Assembly (NCBI GenBank): GCA_963793265.1
Contig: CAWBZI010000001.1
Span: 1,728,001 to 1,792,000 of the forward strand
Reading direction: 5' to 3'
From: an uncultured cyanobacterium
GTDB lineage: Bacteria; Cyanobacteriota; Cyanobacteriia; Phormidesmidales; Phormidesmidaceae
Length of the DNA: 64,000 nt
The position numbers and the translations under genes are program-made. The notes under the pieces were generated by a model, which saw only the letters and a program-made list of their open reading frames with translations, had not been told where the DNA came from and made no database searches. Numbering within the stretch: position 1 is the first letter of the stretch; every line of letters starts with the position of its first letter. Positions 20,020-29,071 of the stretch are shown piece by piece.

Positions 20020-21518
20020 AAACCGGCAGAGGTTCGATTGGGCAATTGGGATATGGGCTGAGGCGGCGGCTCAATCCAGCTAGGGGTGCCGCTTAGAATA
20101 TTGCGCAGGTTCGTGAGCGGAGCGCCCACCTTAACACCGTACTTTGTAATTTCAAACTCTCGCAGCGTTTGCTCAAAGCTAGAAAGCCGCTTCTTGAGCA
20201 CCCCAATGGCTTTGCGCATTCGGCCATCAATCTCTAAATGGCGCAAAAAGATAATGTTGTCGGCCAGGTAGCTAATGCCCTGTCCGGTCGCTTGAAAGTC
20301 ACCTGTGATTGTGTCTAGCTCGTTGATCAGCAGCGTGGTTACGCCCATATTCTGTAAGTACCGGCAGAGCGCGTGTACGTGGCCTATGAGATCTTCACCC
20401 CTAATGGACGTGCTGTAGCCCGCAATGCTGTCAATCATGACAATTTTGGCCTGCTGCTGCTCTACCTCGCGGCGCACCGATTGCACAAACTCATCAGGCG
20501 ATAGCTCCATCGCTTCAATCGCCTCAATTACCAGCGTACCTTGATCGACCATTGAGCGTACCGGAATGCTAATGCCTTCACTGCGATAGGCAATGGTGTC
20601 TTTGGACTCTTCAAAGGTATATATCACCGAGCGATCGCCTCTTCCGGCAGCTTCTTTCATAAACTGAACCCCGAAGGTGGTTTTGCCAACGCCGGTTGGC
20701 CCGGTAATAATCGTCACGGTGCCCCGCTCAATGCCGCCGTGCAGCAGCTCATTAATTTCAGGAACGCCTGAGCTGAGTATCGTCGGCTCAAACGTTCGTC
20801 CGAACGATCTAGGCCGCAGCTTAGGGAAAACCTCTGCACCCTGGGCGGTGAGCTTAAGCGCATGAGGGCCTTCTACAAACCCAGAGCCTCTAAACTTTTC
20901 GACTTGAATAGTGCGCTTGCCTTCGTGCGCTTTAACCGAAAGCACCCCATCGCATAAAAATTGCAGGTCTTCATCTTGAGCAGATTGAACGCTCTCAGAA
21001 GTGAGCAGCGTAGTCGCCCCCTGGCCTGTCAGGTAGCGAATAAAAGAGAGCACCTGCTGATGAAACAGGTAGCTATCTGTAGACAAGTAGCGAAACTGCG
21101 TCACAGAATCTACAAAAACCCATCTGGGCTTAAGCGTTTGAATGCTTTCGATAATCTGATTCGTGACCGATTCACGCTCGACATCAGCCGGTAAAAAGAT
21201 GTCGTATGACCTGTCTTCAGTAAAAAACTCGGCAGAAGGGCTCAGATCTAGGAAGTGTATGTGGGCTAGTTCAATCCCAATATTCTCTGCATTTTGTCTG
21301 ATTTTTGCTTCGGCTTCGCCCAGCGTCACAAACAAAGCCACTTCTTTTTTAGAGGCCGAGGCTGCTAAAAACTGTAGGCCAATCGTCGTTTTTCCGGTGC
21401 CCGGCCCGCCTCTAATAAGATAGGTCTGATTGATGACTAGGCCATCGTCAAGGATGCTATCGAGCCCAGAAATGCCTGTAGATACGCGATTTTTAACTGC
21501 TTTAACACCGATGCTCAT
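20016..21518 (-). CDS. KaiC-like double-domain RecA-superfamily ATPase (non-canonical)
   Basis: Two Walker A motifs (GGPGTGKT, GPTGVGKT), DSV/DSI Walker B, KFRGS and KKRLS. Confidence 0.92.
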   Translation of the reverse strand: MSIGVKAVKNRVSTGISGLDSILDDGLVINQTYLIRGGPGTGKTTIGLQFLAASASKKEVALFVTLGEAEAKIRQNAENIGIELAHIHFLDLSPSAEFFTEDRSYDIFLPADVERESVTNQIIESIQTLKPRWVFVDSVTQFRYLSTDSYLFHQQVLSFIRYLTGQGATTLLTSESVQSAQDEDLQFLCDGVLSVKAHEGKRTIQVEKFRGSGFVEGPHALKLTAQGAEVFPKLRPRSFGRTFEPTILSSGVPEINELLHGGIERGTVTIITGPTGVGKTTFGVQFMKEAAGRGDRSVIYTFEESKDTIAYRSEGISIPVRSMVDQGTLVIEAIEAMELSPDEFVQSVRREVEQQQAKIVMIDSIAGYSTSIRGEDLIGHVHALCRYLQNMGVTTLLINELDTITGDFQATGQGISYLADNIIFLRHLEIDGRMRKAIGVLKKRLSSFEQTLREFEITKYGVKVGAPLTNLRNILSGTPSWIEPPPQPISQLPNRTSAGL

Positions 21519-21610
21519 ACTAAAAAGGGGGCTCTGGGTAATATATATTTTTATTTTTGATTATCCGGTACTGAGTCACAGTTTGCTACAGGCAAACTGC
21601 AAAGAAATAC

Positions 21611-21663
21611 AAAAGCTCTGGTTATCGGACACTTAAAGCGTTCCTAATAACCAGAGCCTTTTT
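21611..21663. terminator. Hairpin terminator downstream of the 1052-aa gene
   Basis: AAAAGCTCTGGTTAT...ATAACCAGAGCCTTTTT. Confidence 0.65.
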
Positions 21664-21705
21664 AATGGCTAGCAAACAGCGATTACAGTCCGCCGTTTGC
21701 AATGC

Positions 21706-24700
21706 CTATACGCCTGTAACGGCTAAGAATCCACCGAGGGCAGAGAGAATAGCAGAGAGTAGCGCAGTGGAGAAGAGCCACCAGGCAGCGGCTTCTGCGG
21801 CTGCTTTGGTATCTTCCATTTGCTGCTGCGTCTGCTGCTTAATGCTCGCTACGCGGTGCTCAATCTGCTGCTCTATGCGCTCAGCTCTACTAATGACGTT
21901 ATCGCGAGCGGCCTCTACTTGATCGATCACACGGTTGGCATCTCGCTTGGAGATGCTGTTGTGAGAGCTAACGATGGCAACGAGGGTGTCGCGATCGAAG
22001 CGAGAGAGGCGATCGCGAATGGCAGACGCGCCCGCTTGGGGATCGTCAAACAGCGTGCGAACGTCGCTCTTAATATCGTAGTAGTCAAGCTCTGGGCGAT
22101 CGAGAGACTGCAAGTAGTCACGAATGCTCGCAAAGATGCTGTCTACCGCAGACTCCAGGCTGCGCTGAACGCTGCGGATTTGGCCTTTGATTTGGTGGCG
22201 AACATCGGTGATGCGGCCAACCACTTCAGCGGCTTCTTCCTCAGTCATATCAGGGCGCTGAGCCAGTAGAGCAACCATAGTGGAGTCGTCCATTTGGGAG
22301 ATGCGATCGCCCAGGCGGCTAGCCCCTAGCTTAGGATCGTTCAGCAACAGCTTCAGATCACGCTTAATGCCCGTAGGGTTCAGCTCGTCTTTGTTAGTGT
22401 TGCTGAGATAGTCTTCTAGCGCAGACTGGAAGGAGAAGGCTTGAGACTTGGTGGCCTCAGTAGCCCGGCGAGCAAAGCGACGAGGCGACTTAATCACGCT
22501 TTGAATAGAAGAGAGGGTGTCGTCAATCGTGCGATTGATTTCATCTTCACTCATGTCGTCGCGCTGATTGAGCAGTTGCACTAGCGTGTCGCGATCCATT
22601 TTAGAAAGGCGGTAGCGGATGGCCTGTGCGCCGACTTTGGGATTGTCGATGAGCTTTTGCAAATCGCGCTTAATGCCTTCAGGGCTTAGCTCTGGCTTGC
22701 CTGTATTCCGAAGGTACTCAGAAATCGCGCTGGTGGCGTCTTCGTACTTCATCTGGGCCTGAGCGGCGACCTTTTTAGGCGATCGCAATGCAGCTGTCCA
22801 GTTCTCTTCAACCGAATTAATCACCTGATCAATCTCTTGCTCAGAGAACTCAGGGCGCTGAGCGAGCAGACTCACTAGCGTGGTGCGATCAAACTGAGCG
22901 GCCCGGCCACGAACGCGGCGAATTCCTTCATTGGGTTCATTTAAGAGCGCTTGGATGTCACGCTTAATGCTGTCGGGGTTCAGCTCATCTTTACCCGTGC
23001 TGCGCAGGTAGTCTTCGAGTGACTGCTGCTGCTGCTGCAAGCGAACTTTAGCGGCTTTGTCTACGCCTTCAGCATCAGCGATGGTGCGCTTAAGCAGATT
23101 GTCGTAATGCTCAGCAGTTTCGTGCGCTGCAACGTCATTACGCGAAGTCAGGAACTGACGCAGGTGGTCGGCAGTAATTTTGCTCAAGCGAGCGCGCAAG
23201 TCGTCAGAATCTAGCGGCTCATCGTCCAGAATCGCCTTGAACGCTCTATCGCCCATTTCAGAGGAGAGTTCGCTAGCAGGCGTGTATTTTAAGAAGGTAT
23301 GGATTTGCTGATGGATGCGCTTTTCAGCCGCGATCGCCTCAGCCGCCATTACATTCTTCAATACCGTCTGACGCACAATTTCCATGCGGGTGGAAATGTC
23401 TCTAATTTCGTCCTGCGTCAGCATACCGCGCTCAGAGAGCGCCTTTTTGAAGGTATCTCGACCAAAGTCAGAGAGATAGTGTCTTAGATCTGTTGCATCA
23501 GCTTCAGGGTCGTAGAGCACATTGCGGAAGGCAGCGTCCATTTCAGGAGACTTTAGCTCGCCAATGTAGGCATGGTGAATGTAATTCTCCGCGTCAGCTT
23601 TAATGATGTTGCCTTTAGGCATCGCATCTTTAAGCTGGCTAGGCATGTTGCCTTTTGCCTGGCCTGTAATCTCGCTTTGAGCCGTCTTAATTTGGTCAAC
23701 AATCTTATTGGCATCAACATCTGAAAGATCAACCTTTGCCATCACCATACTCACAGCGGAGTTGAGGTTACGCGCGAAGGTCTTCTTCAAGAAACCGGGT
23801 TCGTCATTACCCTGATTGCCTTGATTGCCCTTGTTTTGAGAACTTCCGTTCTGCGCTCTGATCTCGTTAACGAGCTGACCGAGCTGATCGGTTAAGCCCT
23901 TAGAGGCTAGCTGCCCGCCTGTTGCCGAAGCAACAAAGGTCATCAAATCGCCCATGCTGTTGCTGCTAGCAGTGTTGTTTTGCCACACTTTGTACAGACG
24001 CTTAGCGAGGCTATCGCTTTCTGACTTGGAGAGATCGGTGCGATCACTCAACAGCTCGGCAAAGGTCTTTTCGTCTACCTTAGGCAGCGCGTCGCGATCC
24101 ACATTCGCCAAATCAGAGCCTTTAATCAGGCGCTCAAATTCTTGTTCTACAGAAGAAACGTCTACTTCAGGCGACTTTAACTTAGCAACGTATCTCTGCA
24201 AGTTCTCTTGAATACCTTCGGTATCAATGCCCTGCGTGAACTCCCTGCGGACGGCAGCAGCAGCAGCTTCAGCCGTATTGACAACCTGATCGCTAGCACT
24301 TTTTGCACCAATCGCAGCAGTGGCCGTGCCGACCATTGCCTGAAACCCATTCGTGACTGACTTGACGACTGAGCCCGCCATAGAGCCGATAGCCGTAGAG
24401 CTAAACCACGTGAGCAGTGAGAAATACAGCGCCCAGATGATCAGGCCGGTAATCGCGCCAATTCGAGGATCGGGGTAAACGTTAAGCGTGACGGCCATCC
24501 AGCAGGCGAAAAACAGTGCTAGGCAAACCGTGATCAGCGTCCATGCGCCAAAGGCTAAGCTGATCTTTTTAATGATGCTGCCGCCGCCTGAGCTATCAGA
24601 GCTAGAAGACCCGGAGCTATCGGAGCTACTGCCGGAGTGCGCAACGTAGGAGACACCCGCCGCCATGGAAAGGTTAGTAAGTAGTAACTGAAATCCAAAG

Positions 24701-24864
24701 GCTAAGATGACGCCGGATAAAACCGCGATGATAACCTGTGGGCCGTTTACAGCGACAGGCACTTCATCTAGGATTATGGTGTCTGGGGCCTGGGCAAGCG
24801 TGTAAGCTACCCCACCGGCTATGTGAGTATGCGTGGCCGATAACAGGCCCTCGTAAAATTCCAT
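21706..24864 (-). CDS. Large membrane-anchored helical repeat protein
   Basis: N-terminal TM helices, one C-terminal TM helix, ~100-aa internal repeats (YL...K.EL.P.GIKRD...L..P..G...R...DR.TLV.LL.QR); AGGAG RBS. Confidence 0.85.
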   Translation of the reverse strand: MEFYEGLLSATHTHIAGGVAYTLAQAPDTIILDEVPVAVNGPQVIIAVLSGVILAFGFQLLLTNLSMAAGVSYVAHSGSSSDSSGSSSSDSSGGGSIIKKISLAFGAWTLITVCLALFFACWMAVTLNVYPDPRIGAITGLIIWALYFSLLTWFSSTAIGSMAGSVVKSVTNGFQAMVGTATAAIGAKSASDQVVNTAEAAAAAVRREFTQGIDTEGIQENLQRYVAKLKSPEVDVSSVEQEFERLIKGSDLANVDRDALPKVDEKTFAELLSDRTDLSKSESDSLAKRLYKVWQNNTASSNSMGDLMTFVASATGGQLASKGLTDQLGQLVNEIRAQNGSSQNKGNQGNQGNDEPGFLKKTFARNLNSAVSMVMAKVDLSDVDANKIVDQIKTAQSEITGQAKGNMPSQLKDAMPKGNIIKADAENYIHHAYIGELKSPEMDAAFRNVLYDPEADATDLRHYLSDFGRDTFKKALSERGMLTQDEIRDISTRMEIVRQTVLKNVMAAEAIAAEKRIHQQIHTFLKYTPASELSSEMGDRAFKAILDDEPLDSDDLRARLSKITADHLRQFLTSRNDVAAHETAEHYDNLLKRTIADAEGVDKAAKVRLQQQQQSLEDYLRSTGKDELNPDSIKRDIQALLNEPNEGIRRVRGRAAQFDRTTLVSLLAQRPEFSEQEIDQVINSVEENWTAALRSPKKVAAQAQMKYEDATSAISEYLRNTGKPELSPEGIKRDLQKLIDNPKVGAQAIRYRLSKMDRDTLVQLLNQRDDMSEDEINRTIDDTLSSIQSVIKSPRRFARRATEATKSQAFSFQSALEDYLSNTNKDELNPTGIKRDLKLLLNDPKLGASRLGDRISQMDDSTMVALLAQRPDMTEEEAAEVVGRITDVRHQIKGQIRSVQRSLESAVDSIFASIRDYLQSLDRPELDYYDIKSDVRTLFDDPQAGASAIRDRLSRFDRDTLVAIVSSHNSISKRDANRVIDQVEAARDNVISRAERIEQQIEHRVASIKQQTQQQMEDTKAAAEAAAWWLFSTALLSAILSALGGFLAVTGV

Positions 24865-25068
24865 AGTGTGTGTGCTCTCCTATTTTGTACAAGTGGCTAT
24901 CCTCACTATTAATAGGTGCTTACGGGGGTTTCTCCCTCTCCCACAGGAAAGAAGCACACCCAACAGATCTATCTCAACGGTAGTGACAGGTTCATCCTTT
25001 AGGCATAGCGAAAACGGGCGAGGTCGGCGGTTCTACAGAGTCAAGATCAGGAACTTTGTTTTGAGGTA

Positions 25069-26349
25069 TTAGTCGGGAGGCTCTAACAGCGTGACATTCA
25101 CAAGCGGCGTGACATTAAAGCCCTCTTGTAATAGTTCACTCTGAATCTCTTTAGTAAGGCGGCGGCTCATTGACTCAGCCGAGACATCCTGGCCCTTACG
25201 AGGCTGCACATAAACGTTACTGAGCAGCGTATTTTGATCGGGGATACTGCCTCTTGTAAAACTCACGTCGCTTTCTACTAAGCTGACATAAGGATCGTTA
25301 CCAACCACTTCTTGAACGATAGCGGCGGCTCTTTGGGTGCGGCTAGAGCGCAAAAGACTCGGTGAGCTAGAGAACTGCCAGCCGAGCAAGAGCGCCAGCG
25401 CTAGCGCTGAAACGCCCATCGCGATTGGAAAGAACTTTTGCTTACCTCGCTTGTACACAGCGCCTTTTGAATTTAGGCCATAGATGCGAAAGACAGTGGC
25501 GCAGGAAAGGTTGATGCCTACGAGCTGTAAAAGCAACAAGAATACGCCGCTCACAACCATTTCGGGCTTACCGATGGCGATCGCCATGCCAATTAGTCCA
25601 GCAGGCGGCGCTAAAGCTGCGGCCACCAGCATTCCAATCGCCGTACCCGACACCAGCGAGCTACGTTCAGACTGCACAAGCTGTAGGGCACCTGCTACAC
25701 CACCAGCAAGGGGCAATAGCGCGGCGGTCGCTGATATTTCACTGGTAGAAACCATCTGGCTAGTGGCGACCGATTGGCGAAATAGTAGGCTGAGCGCCAA
25801 GGTGACACTCACAACGACAGCGAGCGCCACGAAGTATCTTAAAACGCTGCGCTTGAGGAGTAAAAGGTCACCTCTAGCTGTAGCAATACCTACGTTCATG
25901 GCGGGGCCACCAAAGGGCGCGATGAGCATAGAGGCGACAAGTAGGAACACGCTGTTGGTATATAGCCCAATCCAAACGATGACGCCTGCGATCGCCGCGT
26001 AAGCAATAAAACTGGGCCAGGAGCCAATGCTTTGCACACCCTGTAAAAAGACTTCAATCGGGCTACGCGACTGCACCTCCTGCTGGCTTTGAGGAATTTC
26101 GTCGGTCGGTAAATGAACCGATAAAACCGCACTGGGCGCAAGTGAAATATCAGCCTGGGGCAGTTCTCTTTCAATCGCCTCTAAAAAAAGGCCCACCTTG
26201 CCGTTAGGCAGTAGCGCCATCAGGCTTTCGAGACTGCCGTCTGGCCCGGTTGCCGTGCTCAGCAGCAGATGTTTGCCATCGTGCTTTTGCGCGATATGCA
26301 AAACCTGCTTGCCGTGTCCTGTGGGCACCTGAATCGTGAGCTGACGCAT
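25069..26349 (-). CDS. DUF389 family membrane protein
   Basis: LLVASMLIAPFGGP, SLVSGTAIG..VAAALAPPA. Confidence 0.85.
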   Translation of the reverse strand: MRQLTIQVPTGHGKQVLHIAQKHDGKHLLLSTATGPDGSLESLMALLPNGKVGLFLEAIERELPQADISLAPSAVLSVHLPTDEIPQSQQEVQSRSPIEVFLQGVQSIGSWPSFIAYAAIAGVIVWIGLYTNSVFLLVASMLIAPFGGPAMNVGIATARGDLLLLKRSVLRYFVALAVVVSVTLALSLLFRQSVATSQMVSTSEISATAALLPLAGGVAGALQLVQSERSSLVSGTAIGMLVAAALAPPAGLIGMAIAIGKPEMVVSGVFLLLLQLVGINLSCATVFRIYGLNSKGAVYKRGKQKFFPIAMGVSALALALLLGWQFSSSPSLLRSSRTQRAAAIVQEVVGNDPYVSLVESDVSFTRGSIPDQNTLLSNVYVQPRKGQDVSAESMSRRLTKEIQSELLQEGFNVTPLVNVTLLEPPD

Positions 26350-26361
26350 GTGGTTAGGCCG

Positions 26362-26883
26362 CTAGGGTGCAATCTTTTTTATCAAGCTTGTGATCGTGTC
26401 AAAAAGGATGAGGACGCCGATTACCATCATTCCTGATAGAACAATATTGAGGGTTGCAATGGTGTAGTAGAGCGCCTGAAACCAGCCGGACGGGATGTTG
26501 TCAAATTCACCGACAGGCAGGCTTAGGCACAGCAGTAGCGCTACAGAGGTGATAAACGTGATGGTCGAAATTAGACCGATTAAGCGAATGCTTTTGTATA
26601 CCGAGCGATCAAAGTCGGCATTCATTTTGTTGGTCATGCTGAGCAGGGTGAGCATGAGCGCAAGAATGGTGGATGAGGCGGTGGCGATCGCATTGCCAAA
26701 ATAAAGCGAAGAATCCTTCAGACTCGACAGCAGCTCAACGGCTTCAGTTTCGCCATACACCTGCCCGGTCAGTAGCGGCTGACCCACCGCAATTAGGAGA
26801 GTGACGCTCAGGCAAATAAACACGTAGCGCTTGCGTTTAGAAGTGCTCCATAGGGCATTCCATTCGTTAGTTTTATCCGCCAT
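26362..26883 (-). CDS. Hypothetical membrane protein (4 TM)
   Basis: Hydrophobic ORF tightly packed between yihY-like and DUF389 genes; TILALMLTLLS. Confidence 0.75.
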   Translation of the reverse strand: MADKTNEWNALWSTSKRKRYVFICLSVTLLIAVGQPLLTGQVYGETEAVELLSSLKDSSLYFGNAIATASSTILALMLTLLSMTNKMNADFDRSVYKSIRLIGLISTITFITSVALLLCLSLPVGEFDNIPSGWFQALYYTIATLNIVLSGMMVIGVLILFDTITSLIKKIAP

Positions 26884-26902
26884 ATCTTTTTCTCTTTGCC
26901 TT

Positions 26903-27970
26903 TTAAGAAGACGTTTTTTTCCCTAATCGCGAATTCAACCGCTGCCGTTGTGAATAGCGCAACAGCTTTTGCTGAGCCCGATATTCCGATCGCGTCTGCG
27001 GCATGTCTGGATTTTTTGAGGGTGGCTTAGGCGTCGCAGCGCTTTCTCTAAGCGCTCGTTCTTCTTCAGTGAGGCCCTTTTCTTCAAGCGTCGCATCGGG
27101 CGAGAACTCCGCATGATCGTCGGGGCGAATATCAGAGCCAAAGCGGTTGGCATATACCTGAGTAAATTCTGCGCCGAACAGTAGAATTTGGGCGGAATAG
27201 TAAATCCACAGCAGCAGTACGACAAAAGAACCGGCTGCGCCATAGGCTGAAGCAACGCTGCTGTTTCCTAGATAGAACCCAATCGCAGATTTTCCGATGG
27301 TAAATAGAAGCGCGGTAATTGCCGATCCAATCCAAACGTCATTCCAGGCAACGGTGGCGTCGGGGAGCGTTTTGTAGATGAGTGCAAACAATAGCGTAAT
27401 GATGCCAAAAGAAACCACAGTATTTAATATCTGCCAACCTAAGTCCCATCCAGCGAGCGCGTCGCCAAACATGCCGTTCACCGCTGCAAGGCCCGCGCTA
27501 ATGGCCAGCGATACGAGCAGCAAAAAGCCAATGGAGAGCACCATGCCAAAAGATAGGAGGCGATCGCGCAATAGTTTCCAAAGCCCATTCTCGGGCTTGG
27601 GCACCACGTTCCACACCGTATTGAGCGCGTCTTGAAGCTGTACGAACAGACCCGTCGCACCTAAGACCAACAGTCCAACGCTGATGATCGTGGCCCAAAT
27701 GTCGCCGTCCTGCTGAGCTTTGCTCGTGAGCATTTCTTGCACCAGCTCAGCGCCGCTGTCTCCTAATAGACCCTGAAGCTGCTCGATGATGCGCGATTGA
27801 ACGGTGCTTTTTTCAAACAAAAAGCTGGCAACAGCGATGACGATAATCAGCACCGGGGCCAGGGCAAAGGTGGTGTAGTAGGCCAAAGCTGCCGCTAGCC
27901 GCGAAACCTTGTCGCGCTGCCACTCGGCAACCGTTTGCTTGAGCAAAGACCAAAGAATAGAAGGATTCAT
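26903..27970 (-). CDS. YihY/virulence factor BrkB family membrane protein
   Basis: LAAALAYYTTFALAP, LQDALNTVW, YGAAGSFVVLLLWIYYSAQILLFGAEF. Confidence 0.93.
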   Translation of the reverse strand: MNPSILWSLLKQTVAEWQRDKVSRLAAALAYYTTFALAPVLIIVIAVASFLFEKSTVQSRIIEQLQGLLGDSGAELVQEMLTSKAQQDGDIWATIISVGLLVLGATGLFVQLQDALNTVWNVVPKPENGLWKLLRDRLLSFGMVLSIGFLLLVSLAISAGLAAVNGMFGDALAGWDLGWQILNTVVSFGIITLLFALIYKTLPDATVAWNDVWIGSAITALLFTIGKSAIGFYLGNSSVASAYGAAGSFVVLLLWIYYSAQILLFGAEFTQVYANRFGSDIRPDDHAEFSPDATLEEKGLTEEERALRESAATPKPPSKNPDMPQTRSEYRAQQKLLRYSQRQRLNSRLGKKTSS

Positions 27971-28023
27971 AAGTGTTTTAAGGGTAGCTTCAGAGGTATT
28001 GGATTAATAAAAGAGGATGTTAG

Positions 28024-28051
28024 AAAAAAAGGCAACCCCGATGGATTGCCT
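28024..28051 (-). terminator. Terminator downstream of the response regulator
   Basis: AGGCAA/TTGCCT stem with an A run on + strand. Confidence 0.55.
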
Positions 28052-28091
28052 ACAATGTGTGCTGTATATCGAGGAGAGTGCTTAGAGGCGC

Positions 28092-28799
28092 TTAGCTAAT
28101 CAGACCGGAGCGCAGGGCCCTGACGGCGGCCTGGGTGCGATCACTCGCCCCTAGCTTGTTCAAAATATTGCGTACGTGCGTTTTTACAGTACCCACGGTT
28201 ACAAACAGCTTTTCAGCAATCTGCGCGTTGCTGCATCCAGAGACAATACACTCTAGAATCTCTAGCTCGCGGGTCGTTAGCGGGTAGGCTTCAATAATCT
28301 GTTCGTACTCAGAATCTACCGCTCGAATTTCAACCGTTTTGCTGTTGAAGTTTTCTCCAACAGCCACCGTAGGCTTCACCTGCGAAAGGACGAGGCTGGC
28401 AATCGAAGGATCAATCCAGGAGTTACCCGCCTGAGTCTCTCTAATTGCAGTAATTAAGTCCTTGGTTTCAATTTCTTTGGTGCAGTAAGAGTCCGCACCA
28501 GCAGCAAAGGCAGCCAGCACTGCTTTTTCACTGTCATGCATCGTCAGCATCAAAATACGCGTGTCGCTATCAGGATTCTCTTTTTTGAACCGTTGAATCA
28601 GTTCAATCCCATCAATATCAGGCAGGCCGACGTCAACAACCGCGACGTTAGGCTTCATTTCCTCCATGAGGACAAGACCTTTTTCACCGTTGGGGGCTTC
28701 ACCCAAAAACCTTAGCCCAGCCTGACGAAATGCTGCCCTCAACCCCATCCGGGTCAGATCGTGGTCTTCTATCAGAGCAACGCTAATTTCTTCATCCAT
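28092..28799 (-). CDS. orrA: NarL/LuxR-family response regulator, OrrA-like
   Basis: IEDHDLTRMGLR, VLAAFAAGADSY, YPLTTRELEILE...TVKTHVRNILNKL..DRTQAAVRALRSGL; matches my recollection of Anabaena OrrA. Confidence 0.75.
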   Translation of the reverse strand: MDEEISVALIEDHDLTRMGLRAAFRQAGLRFLGEAPNGEKGLVLMEEMKPNVAVVDVGLPDIDGIELIQRFKKENPDSDTRILMLTMHDSEKAVLAAFAAGADSYCTKEIETKDLITAIRETQAGNSWIDPSIASLVLSQVKPTVAVGENFNSKTVEIRAVDSEYEQIIEAYPLTTRELEILECIVSGCSNAQIAEKLFVTVGTVKTHVRNILNKLGASDRTQAAVRALRSGLIS

Positions 28800-29071
28800 G
28801 CTGAAATACCTAAAGTTCTCGTGAGGGGCAAGTTGTGAACTATTCAATATATCGGATATCTACCGAATTGAACGTACAATAGCCAATTTGCAGTATATCG
28901 AGTAGCAGAGCATCTACCAGGTGGGTGACACATTTCTCATCAGTCTCTTTCTAAAGGAATAAGCTGTGGGGTGACCCAAAGGTAGAAGGGCGGAGGGGTT
29001 CCTATATTTGAGGAGTGGCTTTAGCATGGGTGAACCACTGAGTCGAACTTTTGATATAGTCCCTTGTTTAT

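Noticed and set aside
20016..21518. Second complete circadian oscillator
   Set aside because: No adjacent kaiB/kaiA, SY instead of ST phosphosites and no KaiA-binding tail; reported as a KaiC-like signalling ATPase instead
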